Source: Hormiphora californensis
Lineage: Eukaryota > Animalia > Ctenophora
NCBI GenBank assembly: GCA_020137815.1
Contig: CM035359.1
Span: forward strand, 3,038,001-3,102,000
Reading direction: 5' to 3'
Length of the DNA stretch: 64,000 nucleotides
The notes under the pieces were generated by a model, which searched no databases, was not told the DNA's origin, and worked only from the letters and a program-made list of their open reading frames with translations. Numbering within the stretch: the first letter of the stretch is position 1; each line of letters begins with the position of its first letter. A program made the position numbers and the translations under genes. Below are positions 12,201 to 23,912 of the stretch, one piece after another.

Positions 12201-15200
12201 AACAGGACCTGTATATTACACATATGTTACATTATATGTACCTGTATTACAGGTGGAACGTGTTAGGACCTGTGTAATATACAGGACCTGTATATTACAC
12301 AATATGTTACATATGTACCTGTATTACAGGTGGAACGTGTTAGGACCTGTGTAATAAACAGGACCTGTATATTACACATATGTTACATTATATGTACCTG
12401 TATTACAGGTGGAACATGTTAGGACCTGTGTAATATACAGGACCTGTATATTACACATATGTTACATTATATGTACCTGTATTACAGGTGGAACATGTTA
12501 GGACCTGTGTAATATACAGGACCTGTATATTACACATATGTTACATTATATGTACCTGTATTACAGGTGGAACGTGTTAGGACCTGTGTAATATACAGGA
12601 CATGTATATTACACAATATGTTACATTATATGTACCTGTATTACAGGTGGAACGTGTTAGGACCTGTGTAATTTACAGGACCTGTATATTACACATATGT
12701 TACATATATGTACCTGTATTACAGGTGGAACGTGTTAGGACCTGTGTAATATACAGGACCTGTATATTTCACAATATTGTTACACTAGAAAGCCCATTGT
12801 TAAGTCCTACAACAGCCCCCCCCCCCATCCGTCTCTATGTCGCTCTCCCCCTCTCATTCTTTGTCTCTCCATGTCGGGGTAAAGAAAACGGAGGTTGGTA
12901 GTGCTAGAGCGATGGTGATAAACATCAAGGGAAATCCCGCTGAATAACATGTAGAATCAGGCGATATAGATCCGTAGAATTGTAGCTGTGTAGAGAATCA
13001 ACGGGGTACGTAGGTAGAAAGGCTTTGGCAATCATGGGGGCCCCAGCAGTAGATCCTAAAACACCACACAGGAACACGCAACAAACAAACAATAACATGC
13101 ACGTGCAGTATCCCCTCCAATACCCCTTCCAAGCCACCTCCCAGGGCAACCCCCTCTATTTGCACGTGTGGATACTACATCATCACCATCACGCCACGCA
13201 TTTGCAAATTATAATAAGGACTAGAAAACCCGTTGAAGTAGAGCACCCGTTGACCCGAATCCCCACCCCCTCACCCAGGAGCACTCCTCTCACCCACTGC
13301 ACCAACCCGCACGTGCAGCCTTTAATCACCCGCTGCGTAGCTGGGCTATGGCACCTCCTTGGCAACCCCCCACCATTTGCACGTGTGGATAGGTCATCAT
13401 CACTACGACGTTCATTTGTACTTTATAATAAGGATATGTACCTGTATTACAGGTGGAACGTGTTAGGACCTGTGTAATAAACAGGACCTGTATATTACAC
13501 ATATGTTACATTATATGTACCTGTATTACAGGTGGAACGTGTTAGGAACGAAGGGAATAGGAACATGGAGGCCCTGTTACTCGACTGTGCCCTCTACCAG
13601 GATCGACTGGCTGAGGCTGAAGCGGAGATAGAGGAGATGAGGGAAAAAGAAAAGATGATCGTTCTACCAAGTAATGTTATTGTTTATTTTACTAACATTA
13701 ATGAGATGTATTTTAGAAATGATTCGCCTTGTTAGACCCAGTGGTGCTCCGTCATATTGGTCGCACGCTTAAATGATAAAGCGTCCTACTGTATAACCCG
13801 GTAAATCGGGGTCCCACTGTATGACCGTTATATCGTACTGCAGACAGGGTTGAAGCAGTCGCCCTGGCGGATAGGGATGCAGTTATTTACAAGCTACGGG
13901 AACACGTTACACGACTTGAGGGAGACAACACCAACCTTACAGATCAGGTAACTAGGCTGTATCTAGGGATGTAACCATGGGGTGTAACTAGTGTGTAACT
14001 AGGGATGTAACCAGGGAGTAACTAAGTAGGGTGTAACCAGGGTGTAACCATGGGTGTAACCTGGGTTTAGCCCCTTTTCAGCTGTTTAATTCGACCATTT
14101 TTGCAGCTGTTGGAGGTTACGAACACCTTACGGGCAAGCAAGGAACATTTTGACAGTAAACTAGCAAGATTGGAATCGAATCTTAAAAACACCAAGGTAA
14201 TCCAGGTCTTCTGGTGTAACTAGGGTGTAACTAGGATGTAACTAGGTAATCCAGGTCTTCTGGTTTAACTAGGGTGTAACTAGGTAATCCAGGTCTTCTG
14301 CTTATATTCTCGTTTGTGGCCATCTTCGGCGAGCGACTAATGGTTGGATTCGATTTGCTTCGAGTTTGTGAGTCGTGAGGAAAAGAGGGTAACCAGACTA
14401 AAAACGATCCTTTTTTTCTTCACCAAAATAATCCCCTCTCTAAGTACTCATCACATCCAGGGTAAATTGGAGCGTACAATTTCTGAGAAAGAGGAAACGC
14501 TACAGAGACTGACAGAGAGCAAGGACGCTGAACTACAGATGGGAGTCCAATATAAACAGATGAAGGGAAAGATGCTACAGTTGAGGTATTGGACTTTTTA
14601 AACTGCCACTTATTATAGGTGGCCGACGTAAATCCATATACCGTGTTTATATTCATTAATAAATACAGTGTCCAATGTCCATGGAATCCGGAACTGATAT
14701 AACTTTCTCTATCACCCCCCTGCTAATTCCTTTATTAGATCCTGTGTTAATAATTAACAACATTAACACGACCCCTCCCCCCACCATTAGATCAGAGCTC
14801 TCCTCGGTGGAGGAACGACATGCCTCAGAGACACGTGATGTGGAGCTGAGAGAGGAGGAAAAGAGAGAGGAGATAAAAAGGGGTTGTGGGAAAACGATAG
14901 AGGATCTAAGGAGGGGACTATTACTGAAACAAAATGAGGTACATGAGGGAGTAAATTGGGAAAATGTGCCACATGCTGCCAGACCAAACACACATAACAA
15001 GGAACCGAACCAAACCCCGAAGAGCTGATCTAAATTCCTTTCATCTCTAGATATCTGAGTTAAAGGAGCGGCTTGACAGTTGCTCCCACGAGAACAGTGC
15101 CGTGGTATCACAACTAAATGGTAATGTAGTGGAACTGACTAGACAACTAAAAGAGAGGGCCAAGAAGCACAAATCTGCCGTTGCTGAGGTGAGGAATTTT

Positions 15201-16060
15201 ATTATTTGTGCAAAAATTACTATCGCTTTTTTTATTGTTAAATGTGTACTCGTCCCGGCACTCTTTTCTGTACACCTGTATACCGGATACGAGCGTCAAG
15301 CTATATTGACTATTACTAGAATCAAGAATTAAAACTACATAATACATTCCAGGGTGATAAGCTAAAAGACAAGTTACGGGCGGAACAAGAGGCAAGGTTT
15401 AAAGCTGAAAGCAGATTGCGGGCCGTAGAAATGCAGTTAGCATCTTCTTCCACACAGGTGGGTAGTGCCCCCCCCCCCCCCTTGTACAGGGGCACGGCAT
15501 GCAATTTATCTAGAATCCAATCAAACTTTTGCTGAAATTCGGGTGTTTAGATTCCTATCTAGACATCTATACTCTGAACAATTAATTTCCTACAGGTGGA
15601 AGCAGTTACAGAGAACGAGGCAAGATTATGTTCGCGCCTCAAGGAACTCCAACTAAAAGTAGATGAACTTGAATTCGACCAAAACCGTTCCCGTCTCGTT
15701 TTGAACCACTCCGGGCTAGAAAACCTGAAACACCAAACCTCCGCTGCCGGTGGTGGTGGGGTAGTTACCATGGCAACCGTAAAACAAAAACACCGGAAAT
15801 CATCTGCCCGATCAGAAAAGCGGGATCGAAAGGAGAAGGAGGAGATCAAGAGGGTGTTTGGGAGGGGAGTGAAAAGTAGCAGTAAAACAACAACAAAGCG
15901 AACAATGGCTAGTACACCCCGGTCAGAGAGAAGTGACGTCACGATAAAGTTTACTGATAATCAACAATGTGATGGTGGGGATATTGATGGAGTTGAGCAG
16001 TTGGAGTTGAGTAGAATTCAAACGGACCTTAGCAGACAGTTAGTTAGTGATATCACGTGA
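6267..16060 (+). CDS. SCLT1: SCLT1-like centriolar coiled-coil protein (~17 exons)
   Basis: Approximate exons: 6267-6306, 6453-6558, 7586-7670, 7814-7885, 7999-8167, 8912-9039, 11179-11340, 11470-11571, 11790-11894, 13532-13670, 13843-13947, 14107-14196, 14461-14585, 14791-14938, 15051-15188, 15353-15457, 15596-16060. EALVYIKDCLKLVEQTHHEKKQL...SSLVDEASRRTVEEVERVRNEGN resembles the conserved SCLT1 segment as I recall it. Coding status is firm; orthology is moderate. Confidence 0.6.
6586..7222. mobile_element. Tc1/mariner-type foldback MITE (whole element is an imperfect palindrome)
   Basis: TA|CAGGGTGTTCATTTTGG ... CCAAAATGAACACCCAG|TA; arms ~310 bp. Confidence 0.85.
7327..7598 (+). repeat. 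33-bp tandem repeat (~8 copies) spanning a splice acceptor
   Basis: Unit gttaaccacttgcccctctattttcag|tcaact; the last copy is continuous with exon 7586-7670. Confidence 0.9.
9258..10367 (-). CDS. intronless secreted protein with two divergent SRCR-like domains, nested antisense in an SCLT1-like intron
   Basis: ATG at 10367, signal peptide MRFKFVALLLLWGCCFTVVSS. Domain 1: VSLRSG..GSVEV..VC..LCRRAGY..FQC..IEDC..C..LVIGC. Domain 2: VRL..EGLV..GTV..ICRLAGY..ALWISC. Confidence 0.75.
   Translation of the reverse strand: MRFKFVALLLLWGCCFTVVSSQYTPTPTSASLTTEGPEEVDYLGMALPLTFGNITRVSLRSGGKYIEQDWRMTKMDIGSVEVKLKLNDVSVSAFVCYRNLTLSHVEQLCRRAGYTRAAMFQKYWDADDRALIRSFNKQPIVAFQCPWHPRTSIEDCQIVDGTDCTADDTLVIGCINRPDRWGLKGVRLLSNFDSSGKEPKIQPYKTGDRAEGLVVFDLNLDTMTVPGAPREVHYRAKTGTVLATEELLSNKNILRKICRLAGYNKSRREGEEDSEDVFASTVGDVTRPQGVLSPSGMIQLGLAGPPLVHNIEFPRGASQLVVSLDPCQLVGRKFTDGFGFFFFDKEEMSCPEWNEGPTVEGALWISCRV
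11003..11190 (+). repeat. 47-bp tandem repeat spanning a splice acceptor
   Basis: Unit ...tttacttttctag|agttcagta..., 3-4 copies; coding exon starts at 11179. Confidence 0.85.
12165..12784 (+). repeat. 77-79-bp tandem repeat (~8 copies, resumes 13435-13547) spanning a splice acceptor
   Basis: Unit includes tattacag|gtggaacgtgttagga, identical to the start of exon 13532. Confidence 0.9.
12785..13434 (-). mobile_element. two head-to-tail non-autonomous Helitron-like units
   Basis: Minus strand starts TC(CTTATTAT) and ends CTAG; inserted between A and T with no TSD; internal CTAG|TC junction at 13220/13221. Same family as 53271-55109. Confidence 0.7.
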
Positions 16061-16205
16061 TATAGTAACTGTCACGTGTTAAAGTCTTATCCTTGTCGGG
16101 AGAAGAGTGAAGCGGAAAAGAGAGAAAGTACCACAGTGAGGTATCATGATATACCCTTGCAGGGCTTGATTACCGCAGTACCTTTCACCTCGTATACCTA
16201 GGCTG

Positions 16206-16314
16206 TAGGAACCGACCGAATCTGGAAACACTGGTCCCTGATTGGCTGATAACCAGTCACGTGACCTAAATAACGAGTTCTGATTGGTTGTTTACTTGTT
16301 TCGGTCGGTTCCTG
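16206..16314. mobile_element. 109-bp hAT-type MITE
   Basis: Same family as 3008-3116; TSD CTAGGCTG. Confidence 0.85.
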
Positions 16315-16477
16315 CTAGGCTGAAAGTACTTATTATTTCACAGCTTGTGTAATTGTTGTTCAGATCATCACACATGTATGATATTATTTACTTCATGCAG
16401 TTATGGAACTTGTTTCACAAACTAAATAAAATGTTGACACCAACGCTAAATTATTTACACAAAACATTAATTTTGTG

Positions 16478-16586
16478 CAGGAACCGACCGAATCAGGAAA
16501 TACTGGTCCCTGATTGGCTGATAACCAGTCACGTGACCTAAATAACGAGTTCTGATTGGCTGTTTACTTAATTCGGTCGGTTCCTG
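16478..16586. mobile_element. 109-bp hAT-type MITE
   Basis: Same family; TSD ATTTTGTG. Confidence 0.85.
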
Positions 16587-17479
16587 ATTTTGTGGTATGA
16601 AATTTGAAAGGTGTCAACATTTCATGTATACCTCTTGGGACCGTTTGTAGTTGTACTGGTTCTGTTTGTCTCTAACCAATTTCCCCATTTAAATTTCTTC
16701 AGAAAAGCCGACAGTAAACGCAGTGTCTGAGATCGGGTACTGTTGTCAAGGATTTTGTTCAAGCCCAGAGAGAGAGGACCACGCAAGCTGCAATAAGGGT
16801 TGTAGACCAGCTTAAATTATTGGAAAAATTAAAGGGTAAGAATACCTTGAGACAAACACAATTTCGGTTTTCATGACAGCTTTTACCCCCTTGTACCTGT
16901 TTCATTCTAACCCCCCCCCCCCCCCCCCGATTTCTTTGATTCTATTATTTCTTTGTATTGTTCAAACGGGGTCGAGCAAGGCAATTATTTCTTTGATTGT
17001 TATTAAACATCAGTTTATTTTTCAGAAATCCCGATGGATCGGAGAGTAATATGAGTGGAGATTGTCGGAGCATTGGCCTGACAGAGTGGAGGTGTTTTGT
17101 GAAGGGAGTCAAGACAGAAGACCTCTGAAATATTGTAAGTACAGTTCCCAATTAGTCAAATTAAAACAATACTAATCCAGGTTCAATTTTGCCTTGTTCG
17201 ACAAAACAGATTTAACTTTCACCATAATTCAGAGTAAATCATAGTCACAAAAACAGCCATGTGTATTAAAATCAGTAAAAAAATCAAGGTGGCACACTGA
17301 ACTCACTGACTGTCTTTGCAGTTCTGGTAGATCTCATAAAACTCTAATATAACGAAAATTAGTAAACCATAGTGAGGTGTTCAAAGTATTACAGTTTGGT
17401 TACCTTAATTCAATTAGTGTAACCAAAGTGTAACCAAAATGTAACCAAAATCAAAATTACAAGCAATATTTTAAAATTC

Positions 17480-19254
17480 TCAGAATCTACACGCTACAAC
17501 AATCAGCTGGGTCAGGTTGTATCCCTTGATATCCATTGCCCCCAATAGTTCCTCTTGGGAGGTAGCGCATTTTAGTAAACTCAAATCAACACCAGATTGT
17601 TCGTCTGCTGGTGTCGTTAAATGCTTTATCTCTGCATCGCTGAAACTCTTCAGAATATCCCCAAGGTCTTTCTGAGGGAGAAATAGTTTAACTCATTGAG
17701 TGACATAGTAACTAGTAAGGCCAGAGCTGTCTGAGATTTGAGAATCAAATTGGGGTCTGGCGCCGCCAGACAGGGCCATAGGGACCGAGGGGGTCTAAAA
17801 CTTCGGGCTTTGGATTGAAGTGAAAGCTATAGGGTCAGTTACAGACTGAAGAAATGAAAACTTACACTCGAATGGGAACAGATGAACTTGAAAAGAAGGA
17901 GTTTATCATTTCGTTCGATGGCCCTCTTTAATATTCCCTTTAGTGTACAGAGCCGCTGGGCAATACTTCCACTACTGTGACAATACTCTGAAATCATTGC
18001 ATATATTAGTGATTAGGGTTGCAGTTGCACATGAAAATTATAGTTTGAAAAGGTCAAATTGACTTTTTGAATTGTGAACTGTATTTAGGGCTCAGCTAGG
18101 TTTTGTCCACGGTAATTTGGCAATTGTCAGCGAGCTATGATATATACTTACGGAAAGTCTTCCTCAGATCAAATGTCCCCCGTTTATAGGCACCCTCCTC
18201 CTCATCACCAGTAAAGGGATCCCCCAAATCCCCTTCTTCTTCCGGGTCCAGGATCACCTTTACAGCGTTTTGTATAGCGGGGTTATCAAACTGTGCGGCA
18301 GAGACAATGGCCTTGTTTAGATTCAGTTGAACACCAGCACCGTCCTTTATCCTGTACTGATCCAAATACTGAGGAGTTTTAGTGTTAGAGATGGATCAGT
18401 GATATCTGTGTATAACAATTCAGTTAGATATTATCCTAGAAACTTGATTAGGGTCGATTATTCAAGTACATACCTCTCTATTGACTGTACAAATTCCCTC
18501 CTCCAAATATTTGAATTTCTCCTCATCAGAGATCTCCATTTCGAGCATGTTCTTTAGAAACCGCTTTTCGAATTCAGGAAAGTTTCCAAGACACCTGTGT
18601 GATAACAAGGTTATTTGATATTGTGGAAGATCGGTTCTCGAACTGTTATACCCTGCCTGGTCTTGCCTAGCTAGACCCTGTTTAGTGAGCCCCAAATGTA
18701 AAGGGAGGGTTAAGGGAGGGTTAGAATATAACATGCCTGGTCCCTGTCCCTCGTTCACGGCTTGTTCCCTTGCCCTAAATGTTATACCCATAAACCTGCA
18801 CCGATCGCTACAGCTGTAAACTTACTTGAGGGCGTCCTTCAATTGACTGAGATCAAGGTCTGGTGTTGCCACCTCATCTTTTACCAAACTATCGAGAACT
18901 TCTTCGTCGCAGAACTGAAACAAATAAAGTGTTAAAACGATTAAAAAATATTAAAAAGTAATAAACTGGATTAAATTTAGGGTGAAAGATGGCTTTTTCC
19001 CCCGCTTTTTCCAGGTTCGTGTCCTATAAAAAATAAAAAGAAAGACACGTGTTCACACGGTAACTTACCACTGAGTTTCTCTCCCTCGAATCTCTAAACA
19101 AAATATCTTTAATCCAATCGGAGGAAACCTCGTCATTATCTCGCAACTCTTCCCGTATCTCATCCAGATCTTGAAGGTCATCTTCAGCGGTATAGTCTTC
19201 CAAATCGATGGTCGGAGTGTACCCTTCAAGTCGAGAGTTGCGGAAGTTTGACAT
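17480..19254 (-). CDS. uncharacterised acidic protein, ~310 aa, 6 exons
   Basis: Phase-consistent exons ~19254-19069, 18914-18826, 18594-18473, 18369-18152, 17987-17866, 17671-17480, mostly with gtaagt donors. MSNFRNSRLEG...LIVVACRF*. No domain recognised. Confidence 0.7.
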
Positions 19255-21939
19255 AGTTTTCAGACTGGAATAAATTGGAATCAGTTTTGACAAGCATTAT
19301 GTTGATAACCATATGATACAATAAAGGTACAATCGGTACACAAATCACGTCCAAAATAGGTTCACCGCAAAAGAAGTGAACCGACAAGGGCTATTATACC
19401 GTCCGAAGAAAAACAAAAAATTTCAGACTGGAATACAAGGACTACGGTGGGTAAAATGAGATTTTGCAAAAACGTATGTTTTAAACTCTACACAGAGTGT
19501 TGACATATATATATGTACCATACTGACAGTTTTACTTCTCGGGGTGTAATTCTGGTAGAGAAACGTGGCAGCAGGCAAGGTGTTAAAGAGAAAGAAGACA
19601 ATAATTAAACTGTACAATAAGTACAAAAAGTGTCAAGTTAGCAAAGGGGTTGACTTCCGCGAGACCCCCTGCACACACTGTGTGCCACACAGGGAACAAT
19701 TGTACTCAACAACAAAAAACTGTTTAGAATAAAAAGAAAGTATGAACAATTCAAGTCGCTTGACACTGTGAGCTGTATGAACACTGTATGAACAATTCAA
19801 GATATCTGTAAGATCTATATTGAAGTCTGGAGATCTAGGTTATATACTGTGCTCTGATCAGTCTCATGACAGGTCCCTGTAGCGCCCTCATTAGGAGATC
19901 AGATCTAGTTATCACATGACGGATCTCCTGTCATGACGGATACGTGACCTCCCGGTCCTTAGCACTAATTGCTAATTACATTCCAAAATCTGCCCAGTCT
20001 AGGGTGGTGATCATGAATTGGGCAGTGCTTCCGGATGTTGTTTGTTCAGTACCCCTTACACAACTAGACAGTGCTACAGATATACCATGATCATATAACT
20101 ATGCTACGAATATTATTCGAATGTGAACATGTCTATAGTATAAGTAGAGCAGAAACCCCCACCCTCGTAGTACCTGTACCATACATTCCACAAATTTCAT
20201 GAAAAAAAGAAGTGTAGTGCTGGCAAAAAGAGGGAGAGAGATAGAGCGAGAAAATAAGATGCATTATACATGATAAAAGCTTGAAGAACTAGTCAAGGGA
20301 GAGATTAATAAACTGCAGGCTAAGTCAAAGAGAAAGAGAAATGTAGAGGCCTAGTGACCAGAATGATTGTATAGTTAGAGTGAGATATTATAGAACACCA
20401 GGTGTGCAGCACAATACACACACAGTATACATTGTATGTACCAACTAGCTATGAGGGCAAAACGCATCATGATGTACCACAACACAGTAAAAAATACTGC
20501 CCTAATTGTTTTAAAGAGCAACGAGAACCAATGTCCGCAAGTATACAGCTAGCTATGTCGCAACTTTCACATATTGCATGAGAAAAGAATATATGTTCAT
20601 GCCGCCACACCGTAATAATACTCTGATTTTGAAAACGAAGTGTGTTAGGACTTCCGAACTTTACTTGTTAAGTCCCCACTCCCCTCCGCCCCTTAGCTTT
20701 CTGGCGGCACCATTACCCCGTTTTGATTCTCAGTGCGGTGAGATATATCGGGTTGGTGCCACCAGACTGCCCCTTAAACTCAACAAGGAAACACAACACG
20801 GCAAAATACACAAAGTGGTATAGGTATCTTTACTAAAAGTATAAATGGGGTGTGTAGGAAGAAGAGTTTGTGGAATGATATTGCTTGCTTTGGCTGCTGA
20901 GGTCACCCCCTTCTTCTCTTATAATAGGAGATAGCAGAGGTGAAGCATGTACAATGTAGGGGAGACTTGACCCATATATGGCTGCAGCAATTATACCACC
21001 ACCTAGAAGGATGGTAAAGTCCGAAAAACGTTGATGAGTAGTTGTCACGAAGGCACGGCTACCCATTTTACTCAAAGTTACTATTGCACTATATTTTACA
21101 ATCTCCATCCGTCTCAATTGGTCTTTTTGTCTCTCAACTTTTATTCCACGAGAAACCATCACCCACGGAGAGCTAAAAATAAGCAAAGTGTGCCTAGGAA
21201 CAGTCCAATATTCAAATAACTAACACCATGAACCATCCTCCTCTCCTTCTTTACCTCTCTTCCAGAGTTCAGCAACTTCTCAACTTCGTATACACATCTA
21301 TCAGGTTTAGTATCAACTATCAGGTGTTCTCCAAAATAACTCCTTGGCCCTTGTCAGCGCTGGACGGTCCTCCTCAAACAACCCTAATGTCTCTCTCACC
21401 GCACTCTCGGTCACATTTTCCTTCAGTTTTCTTGAATAATATGCCCGTTCATGTGTGTTTACCGTTTGCCAGAACTTTCTGATCGCGCCAGAACCTATTT
21501 TAGTTATCCGATTCAAAAGGTATCCAAGCCGCGGCTCGATATTACACCCGTACGAGCTGAAGCAGTACAGATCTATCAGTACCCAGATATACAAGTGAGG
21601 CATGCAGTAGTACAAACAATATTGCAGAAACTCAAACTGTGAGACGCATGGTAGTAGGATACATTGTACAATTACACAATTCATGTGTGACAATTCAAGT
21701 GTGACAGAAACGTCTTCCTGGATTTTCTATGTATCGTCCTTGTTGTCTGATAATTATTTTCAGTGAGAAAAGGTCAAGCAAGAAATGTAAAATTGCTGAA
21801 ATGCAAAATAGAATAAAGAGCAGGGAACATTATCTCATTACAAAATTACCCTTTCTGTTTCTCTCTTTATCTCTTAGGTTGAGAGAGGGAGAGGAGGTTC
21901 TCTGAAGGGAGAGAGAGAGAAGAGGAGCGATCTCTTTCC

Positions 21940-22084
<145 letters not shown>

Positions 22085-23818
22085 GGGGGGGTTCCAACCT
22101 ATTTGTTGTATGTTTGTACGGAAAAAAACAAGCTTTTCCTCAAACAAAAAAATACAAAAAATACAAAAAAGTACAAAAAAATACAAAAAAAATAAAACGG
22201 GGTATAAATGATTAAACAAAGCTTTTCTGATCGTTGAAACTTTAGTTTATGATCATAATTGTGTCATAAATTCCTATTAAACTGTGGTTTCATACAAAAT
22301 TAGCAACTTTTTCTTATAATTGGAAGATAAAAACATGTTTTAATCATGTTTTAATTGTTCTTTATCAAAACACAAGGAAATATTCTATTCAAAATTTTCG
22401 AAATCTGAATCAATGATGTTTACTTTTTCGAATTTCGAATGAAAGATAATAAATACACGACAAACGTTCCTAGGTGGTACATTAGCACAAAAGGAACCCG
22501 TCCATGAACTTTTACTAGGCACCCACCTCCATAATTTGTTGTACTTTTTTGTACTGTTTGTACGAAAAATCGGAATTTCTAAGAGAGAGAAATTTTCCCG
22601 AATCGCAATTTCTTACCGAGAAAATTTTCTCGAATCGTATTTTCTAAGCGAGAAATTTACACGAATCGCATTTTCTTACCGAGAAAATTTTCTCGAATCG
22701 TATTTTCTAAGCGAGAAATTTACCCGAATCGCATTTTCTTACCGAGAAAATTTTCCCGAATCGTATTTTCTAAGCGAGAAATTTACCCGAATCGCAATTC
22801 CTTACCGAGAAAATTTTTTCGAATCGTATTTTCTAAGCGAGAAATTTCCCCGAATCGCAATTTCTTACCGAGAAAATTTTCTCGAATCGTATTTTCTAAG
22901 TGAGAAATTTCCTCGAATCGCAATTTTTTACCGAGAAAATTTTCTCGAATCGTATTTTTTAAGCGAGAAATTTCCCCGAATCGCAATTTCTTACCGAAAA
23001 AATTTCTCGAATCGTATTTTCTAAGCGAGAAATTTCCCCGAATCGCATTTTCTTACCAAGAAAAATTTTCTCGAATCGTATTTTCTAAGCGAGAAATTTC
23101 TTCGAATAGCAATTTCTTACCGAGAAAATTTTCTCGAATCGTATTTTTTAAGTGAGAAATTTCCCCGAATCGCAATATCTTACCGAAAAAGTTTCTCGAA
23201 TCGTATTTTCTAAGCGAGAAATTTACCCGATTCTCATTTTCTTACCGAGAAAATTTTCTCGAATCGTATTTTCTAAGCGAGAAATTTCCCCGAATCGCAA
23301 TTTCTTACCGAGAAAATTTTCTCGAATCGTATTTTTTTAAGCGAGAAATTTCCCCGAATCGCAATTTCTTACCGAAAAAATTTCTCGAATCGTATTTTCT
23401 AAGCGAGAAATTTCCCCGAATCGCAATTTCTTACCGAGAAAATTATCCCGAATCGAAAGTGATCTCCAACTGAGAAAATTTTCTCGTAATCGTAATCTGA
23501 ATCAATGAATTTGCTTTTTCAAATTTCAAAAACGTGTACTTTTTACATACCTTTTTAGTACTTTTAGCAGGAAAATGGATGACAATGGAACTAAAAACGT
23601 TCATATATATATAATAGGTGGTACATGAACATAAACGGAACCCAGCTATGTATTATTTATACTTTTATCAGGCACCCACATCCTTCAATATTTTTTTGTA
23701 TTTTTTTGTATTTTTTTGTATTGTTTGTATGGAAAAAAACAGGAATTTCGGATACTTTTATGTATGGTCCGTACAAAAAAGTACAAAAAAATACAAAAAA
23801 ATAGGTTGGAACCCCCCC
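22085..23818. mobile_element. non-autonomous TIR element (GG termini, 8-bp TSD; Merlin/MULE-like) with internal 63-bp tandem array
   Basis: GGGGGGGTTCCAACCTATTT ... AAATAGGTTGGAACCCCCCC; TSD GTCTCTCT; array ~22570-23460. Confidence 0.75.
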
Positions 23819-23912
23819 GTCTCTCTCTATTATTCATAAATATTGGAGGCATATAATTGAGTCTGTATAGATATTGAATAACTAAGTAAATATTTTCTTA
23901 ATAAACAGTACT

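Noticed and set aside
16700-17135. Exon-like segments on the + strand
   Set aside because: Splice-like signals are present, but I could not build a coherent ORF.
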